From: a phage
Reading direction: 5' to 3' (one strand)
Sequence record: PV806339.1
DNA: 60,026 nucleotides
Part shown: positions 55,609 through 60,026 of the stretch, in pieces
Layout of the letters: every line of letters begins with the position of its first letter
How positions within the stretch are numbered: position 1 is the stretch's first letter
Notes under the pieces: model-generated
What the model was told of the DNA's origin: nothing
The model's input: the letters and a program-made list of their open reading frames with translations, nothing else
The model's database searches: none
Made by a program: the position numbers and the translations under genes

Positions 55609-55938
55609 GTGACCAGCATTACTTTCACCAACGTAGCAACATCCGGCGGCGCAGTTCTCGCGCGCACTTGGGCGGAGTTTCGTTTTCAAATCGGTGATCG
55701 CGATGTGCTGTTCAGAGTTACTTCACCTGTTTCGAAACACGAAGCGCCGCTGCTCGTAACCCATGCTGCATCGGGCTATCGAGTGTGCGACGTCTGGTGG
55801 GACGACGTGGCGAAGACTCGCTTTAACGCAGGCCGCAATAATTACAGCGGGGCAGGCGCTAGGGCATTGGTAGCGACGATTGAGCGAGTCGGCGAACACC
55901 GATTCCTCAATGCGATAAAGGCGTATCCGAATGAGTAG
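55609..55938 (+). CDS. hypothetical protein (109 aa; GTG start within ORF 55375..55938)
   Basis: RBS ACGGAGAGG before GTG at 55609. Confidence 0.4.
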   Translation: MTSITFTNVATSGGAVLARTWAEFRFQIGDRDVLFRVTSPVSKHEAPLLVTHAASGYRVCDVWWDDVAKTRFNAGRNNYSGAGARALVATIERVGEHRFLNAIKAYPNE

Positions 55939-57268
55939 TAAGTCACTGTTAGTCCGCATCATGCGGGAATTCGGCGGTGGCGGCCACTCAATCTTCGCGC
56001 CTTCTGCGTCAGCGCGTTGGATCGCATGTTCTGGAAGCCTGATAGCCGGGCTTTTCGAGCATGACGAAACCATCTACGAGGCGGCGGAAGGCACGGTGGC
56101 CCACGGAATCGCCGAACAATGGCTGCGAACGGATGTCCGGCCAACCCATTTAATCGGTACGGTCGAGACGATCACGGAAGGCGGTGTCAGCCATGACATC
56201 CCCATTACTCGGTCAATGCTCGACTCGGTTCAGGAGTACGTTGACTGGTGCCGATTTGAAGAGGGTGAAATGTTCACGGAAATCCGGGTCTGGTTTACCG
56301 ACCTGATGCCGCGAGCGAACCCGGATGAACCTGACGAAGACCCGATCGAGTTTGTCGCTCAGGGCGGAACGGCGGATAATATCATCATCCGCGACCGAAC
56401 CTTGATCGTGACCGACCTGAAATACGGGACTGGCGTTCAGGTTTTCGCGGAAGGGAACCCGCAGGCGCTACTTTACGCGTACGGTGCGTACCGCGCTTTC
56501 TCGGATGAATACGAGTTTGACCGTATTGTCATCCGGATCGCGCAGCCGAGGCTCGACCATTTCGATACGTGGGAAATCACGATTGACGAATTGTTAGAGT
56601 TCGCGGAGTATGCCCGGGAGCGAATTGCAGCGGCATGGAGCCTTACCGCGCCGCGCCGCGCATCCCTGAAAGGGTGTCGCTTTTGCCGGGCAGCACATAA
56701 CTGCGCAGCGATAGCGTACATGATGGAATGCGCAGTGGGCGGGGACGTGGAATTCCTTGAAGCTGAATTCGGGGAGGAAGAAATGTCAGTATTGCGTGAT
56801 GCGCTGGCGCAGGAATATAAGTTCCGGCGTGCGCAGTTCGGAAACCTGACAACCGAGCAGATGGCGAAGATCCTGCCATACCGCAAGGTGGTCGAAAACT
56901 GGTTCTCGCGCCTTGACTTCGAACTGGAACGCCGCGCAATGAACGGCGAGAAGGTACCGGGTCAAAAGCTGGTGGAGTCGCGGACAAACCGTAAATTCGC
57001 CAACGAGAAAGATGCGATCGCGCTGTTCCGGTTCCTCGATATTGACGAGGACAAGTACATCGAACGCAAACTGCGTACCCCGGCGCAGATGGAAGAAGTG
57101 CTTAGGGATGAATTGGGCGTGTCCCGGGCTGGCGCGCCGAACATCATCGCGGGGATCGTCTACAAGCCGGAAGGCAAGCCGACACTGGCACCGCTGACCG
57201 ATAAGCGGCCACCACTGGACGGCAAGTATTCCGGGGCGTGGGACGACGAAGATGATGACGAAGTGTAA
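55931..57268 (+). CDS. PD-(D/E)xK exonuclease, Cas4/RecB-like with Cys cluster (DUF2800-like, 445 aa), ends ...DDEDDDEV
   Basis: Nuclease motif region IVTDLKYG; N-terminal Cys (WIACSG) plus C-terminal CRFCRAAHNC; position before SSB and DNA polymerase. Confidence 0.55.
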   Translation: MSSKSLLVRIMREFGGGGHSIFAPSASARWIACSGSLIAGLFEHDETIYEAAEGTVAHGIAEQWLRTDVRPTHLIGTVETITEGGVSHDIPITRSMLDSVQEYVDWCRFEEGEMFTEIRVWFTDLMPRANPDEPDEDPIEFVAQGGTADNIIIRDRTLIVTDLKYGTGVQVFAEGNPQALLYAYGAYRAFSDEYEFDRIVIRIAQPRLDHFDTWEITIDELLEFAEYARERIAAAWSLTAPRRASLKGCRFCRAAHNCAAIAYMMECAVGGDVEFLEAEFGEEEMSVLRDALAQEYKFRRAQFGNLTTEQMAKILPYRKVVENWFSRLDFELERRAMNGEKVPGQKLVESRTNRKFANEKDAIALFRFLDIDEDKYIERKLRTPAQMEEVLRDELGVSRAGAPNIIAGIVYKPEGKPTLAPLTDKRPPLDGKYSGAWDDEDDDEV

Positions 57269-57322
57269 ACCCGTAAAACCGTAGAAAGTAAACCCGTAAA
57301 ACAGTAAACCGAGGATATTAAG

Positions 57323-57919
57323 ATGGCCGAGAAATTAGTCCCTGCGAAAAAAGTCAAGAATGGCGTGCTGTACAAATCTGGTCACATCAAGATTTCTAAC
57401 GTACGTGCTTCTTACCCGCACCTCGATAAGCCGTACGGCGGTGAAGACGGCGGCGAGCCGAAATACTCGCTGACGCTTTTGATGCCGAAAGACAGCCACG
57501 GCGAGATCGAGAAAATCATCCGTGAGCAGATCGAAGTCACCAAGAAGAACCACAAGACAGGCGCGCTGAAAGTCGCCCCGTCCATGTTGTTCATCAAAGA
57601 CGGTGATACCGATTTTCCGGATAAACCGGAATGCGAAGGGATGTGGGTTATCTCCGCACGCGAAAGCAAACGCCCGGATGTGTATAACATCGAGCGCGAA
57701 GAGTTGACTACCTCTTCCGAAATTCTGGAAGAGATCTACGGTGGTTGTTGGGTGTCGGTTGTCATCCGTCCGTGGTCGCAGGAAAACAAATTCGGCAAAC
57801 GCGTTAACGCCAACCTGATTTCCGTTCTGAAACGCAAAGACGACGAGCCGTTCGGTGAAGGTCGTGTGGACACGTCCGACGCGTGGGATGAAGACGAAGA
57901 TTGGGAAGACGAAGTGTAA
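57323..57919 (+). CDS. single-stranded DNA-binding protein, T7 gp2.5-like (DUF2815-like, 198 aa), ends ...EDWEDEV
   Basis: ASYPHLDKPY and F.KDGD motifs colinear with T7 gp2.5; acidic C-terminal tail. Confidence 0.65.
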   Translation: MAEKLVPAKKVKNGVLYKSGHIKISNVRASYPHLDKPYGGEDGGEPKYSLTLLMPKDSHGEIEKIIREQIEVTKKNHKTGALKVAPSMLFIKDGDTDFPDKPECEGMWVISARESKRPDVYNIEREELTTSSEILEEIYGGCWVSVVIRPWSQENKFGKRVNANLISVLKRKDDEPFGEGRVDTSDAWDEDEDWEDEV

Positions 57920-57985
57920 TGTACGCCCTCGGGCGGTAATACAAGGCCCGCCGCGTGCGGGCTTTTTTCATACAGGAGCGTTAAC

Positions 57986-60025
57986 GTGACCGATTGCATT
58001 AATCTGGACTATGAATCCCGAAGCCGGGTGAACCTTAAAACGAACGGATTCGACCGATATTCGAACGACGAATCGACTAAAATTCTGATGGGCGCATGGT
58101 CTATCAATGGCGGAGCGGTGCAGCACATCGACCTTCACCGAGGGAAGAAGTTGCCCGGCGAACTGCGTGAAGCGCTGGAAGACCCGGCCGTCGAGAAGTG
58201 GGCCTTTAACGCGCAGTTCGAACGCGTAATGACCCGCCGGGTGCTCGGCATCAAGACGCCGTATAAATCGTGGCGCTGTACGATGGCGCTGGCGTACATG
58301 CTCGGCTTTGCTGGCGACCTTCTGGCCGTCGGCACGCAGATCGGCTTGCCGGAAGAGAAACTGAAAGACCCGGAAGGCAAGCGCCTGATCGACCTGTTCA
58401 GCAAGCCGCAGCGTGTCACGAAGAAAAACCCGTTTGAGTGGCGCAATGAAGCGACCGACCCGGAAGACTGGTGGCACTTCTGCAAATATAACGTGCGGGA
58501 CGTTGAAACCGAACTGGCGATTAAAGCCCGCCTGATGCGGTACCCGGTTCTGGATGCCGAATGGGACATGTACGCGCTGGATCAGTTCATCAACGATACA
58601 GGCGTGATGATTGACCGCGAATTCGCGTACTCGGCGCTGGCGCTCGCAGAGGCGCGCAAACCGCAGATTATCGAAGAAATGGCCGACATCACTGGCCTGA
58701 ACAACCCCAATTCCCCGGCTCAGTTAACACCGTGGCTCAAAGAGCGCGGCTATCCGTTCAGCGACCTTCGCAGTGACACCGTCAACAAGGTCATTCGCGA
58801 AGCCGATGAAAACGGCGTTGACCCGGATGCGATCCGCGTGCTGCGGATGCGCCTGAATAGCGCGAAAAACTCCCTGTCAAAATATCAGACCATGATTGAC
58901 GCGGCTGGCGAAGATGGCCGATTCCGCTTCTCGCTGCAATTCGCCGGGGCAAGCCGCACGAACCGTTGGGCTGGCCGCCGTATTCAGACTCAAAACCTGC
59001 CGAGAACGCCGAAGCTGATCGAGGACGTGACCGACCTGTCCATCGTTAACAAGATGATCCACCAGCGCGACCTTGATGCGTTGACGCTGTATGTGGGCGA
59101 GCCGATGGACGCGCTGGTGGGCTGCATTCGCTCCGCCTTCATCCCGACGCCGGGCCACAAGTTCATCGTTGCCGACCTGTCGTCCATCGAATCCGTGGTC
59201 ATCGGGTGGCTGACAAACTGCAAATGGTTCATGGACACGCTGGCGGCCAAGCACGACCTTTACCGTTCATTCGCGGCTCACTGGCTGCACCTGCCGTACG
59301 AAGAAACGAAGCCACACCGCCCGAAAGCCAAACCTGCTACCCTCGGCGCGGGCTATCGCCTCGGCGGCGGCCACATGGACGAGAATGGCAAGAAGACCGG
59401 ACTGTGGGGCTACGCCGAAAACATGGGCGTACACATGACGCAGAAAGAGGCAGAAGAGTCGGTACAGGCGTTCCGCGACCTTTGCCCGGAAATTGTGCGC
59501 GCATGGTATGACCTCGAAAACGCGGTATTCAAGGTTATCCGTACCCGTCAGGCCGTCGTATGGGGCTGTCTGATCATCGAATACACAAAACCTTTCCTGA
59601 CCATCCGTCTGCCGTCTGGCCGCAAAATGTATTACTTCCGTCCGCGTCTGGTCGAGCGCCAGATGACCGTTCAGAAAGGGCCGAAGAAGGGTGAGAAGTA
59701 CACAAAGACCAACTTCCAGTACGAAGGCAAGGTGGAAGGCAGCGGCACCAAGTGGGGCAAGATTTACAGCCACGGCGGTAAGCTGGTGGAAAACATCGTT
59801 CAGGCGCTGGCGCGCGACGTGCTCGCCGAAGGTCTGAAAAAGGCGCACCGCATGGGCTTCCGGATCGTCATGCACATCCACGATGAAATCGTAACCGAAG
59901 TGCCGGAAGACAGCCCGCTGACCGTGGACGACCTTATTTCCTGCATGGCGGCCGAACTACCGTGGGCCGAAGGGCTACCGCTTGGCGCTGCCGGGTGGGA
60001 AGGCTATTTCTACCGTAAGGATTAA
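57986..60025 (+). CDS. family A DNA polymerase with N-terminal 3'-5' exonuclease domain (679 aa)
   Basis: Exo I LDYESRS; motif A ADLSSIES; motif B region KAKPATLGAGYRLG; motif C HIHDEIV. Confidence 0.75.
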   Translation: MTDCINLDYESRSRVNLKTNGFDRYSNDESTKILMGAWSINGGAVQHIDLHRGKKLPGELREALEDPAVEKWAFNAQFERVMTRRVLGIKTPYKSWRCTMALAYMLGFAGDLLAVGTQIGLPEEKLKDPEGKRLIDLFSKPQRVTKKNPFEWRNEATDPEDWWHFCKYNVRDVETELAIKARLMRYPVLDAEWDMYALDQFINDTGVMIDREFAYSALALAEARKPQIIEEMADITGLNNPNSPAQLTPWLKERGYPFSDLRSDTVNKVIREADENGVDPDAIRVLRMRLNSAKNSLSKYQTMIDAAGEDGRFRFSLQFAGASRTNRWAGRRIQTQNLPRTPKLIEDVTDLSIVNKMIHQRDLDALTLYVGEPMDALVGCIRSAFIPTPGHKFIVADLSSIESVVIGWLTNCKWFMDTLAAKHDLYRSFAAHWLHLPYEETKPHRPKAKPATLGAGYRLGGGHMDENGKKTGLWGYAENMGVHMTQKEAEESVQAFRDLCPEIVRAWYDLENAVFKVIRTRQAVVWGCLIIEYTKPFLTIRLPSGRKMYYFRPRLVERQMTVQKGPKKGEKYTKTNFQYEGKVEGSGTKWGKIYSHGGKLVENIVQALARDVLAEGLKKAHRMGFRIVMHIHDEIVTEVPEDSPLTVDDLISCMAAELPWAEGLPLGAAGWEGYFYRKD

Positions 60026-60026
60026 C

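Noticed and set aside
1797-57919. DEV C-termini as class III PDZ-binding motifs
   Set aside because: The pattern formally fits X-[D/E]-X-hydrophobic, but bacterial PDZ proteins are mainly periplasmic whereas these are cytoplasmic DNA-metabolism proteins; replisome-tail analogy is more parsimonious.
1-60026. Integrase / lysogeny module
   Set aside because: No tyrosine or serine recombinase motifs recognised in any ORF; the XRE regulator alone is not sufficient to call the phage temperate.

Overview
The window reads as a near-complete ~60 kb tailed-phage (siphovirus-type) genome or prophage, with no rRNA, tRNA, CRISPR array, integrase or transposase recognised. Layout: (1) + strand 1-32880: VRR-NUC nuclease, SNF2 helicase, terminase small and large subunits, a lambda-like head module (W, portal B, protease/scaffold C, decoration D, major capsid E), lambda-ordered connector and tail genes including a G/GT tail chaperone with a canonical -1 frameshift site, a 1431-aa tape measure, non-lambda distal tail genes, a 1296-aa host-specificity protein, four tandem paralogous fibre-like proteins, a highly repetitive 731-aa fibre-like protein, and a lysis cassette. 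(2) - strand 32881-44827: early/DNA-metabolism genes (nucleoside deoxyribosyltransferase-like, PAPS-reductase-like PP-loop protein, N6-adenine methyltransferase, RdgC-like protein, many unknowns). (3) + strand 45588-50544: compositionally distinct small early genes. (4) 50545-51696: repeat- and iteron-rich non-coding region, then an XRE-family regulator. (5) 52025-60025: T7-like replication module (primase-polymerase/SF3 helicase, Cas4-like nuclease, gp2.5-like SSB, family A DNA polymerase). Most notable: at least nine unrelated proteins end in the same acidic C-terminal tail (D/E run then D/E-V-COOH), encoded by different codons, resembling the T7 gp2.5/gp4 acidic-tail docking system but extended to packaging, recombination and a putative DNA-modification enzyme. 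Also notable are a family of six sigma70-like promoters sharing an unusually conserved spacer and start region, arrays of 22-bp repeats and GTTACAA iterons, and a 66-bp near-perfect tandem duplication inside a fibre gene. All functional calls are from reading motifs and synteny by eye; no database search was run.
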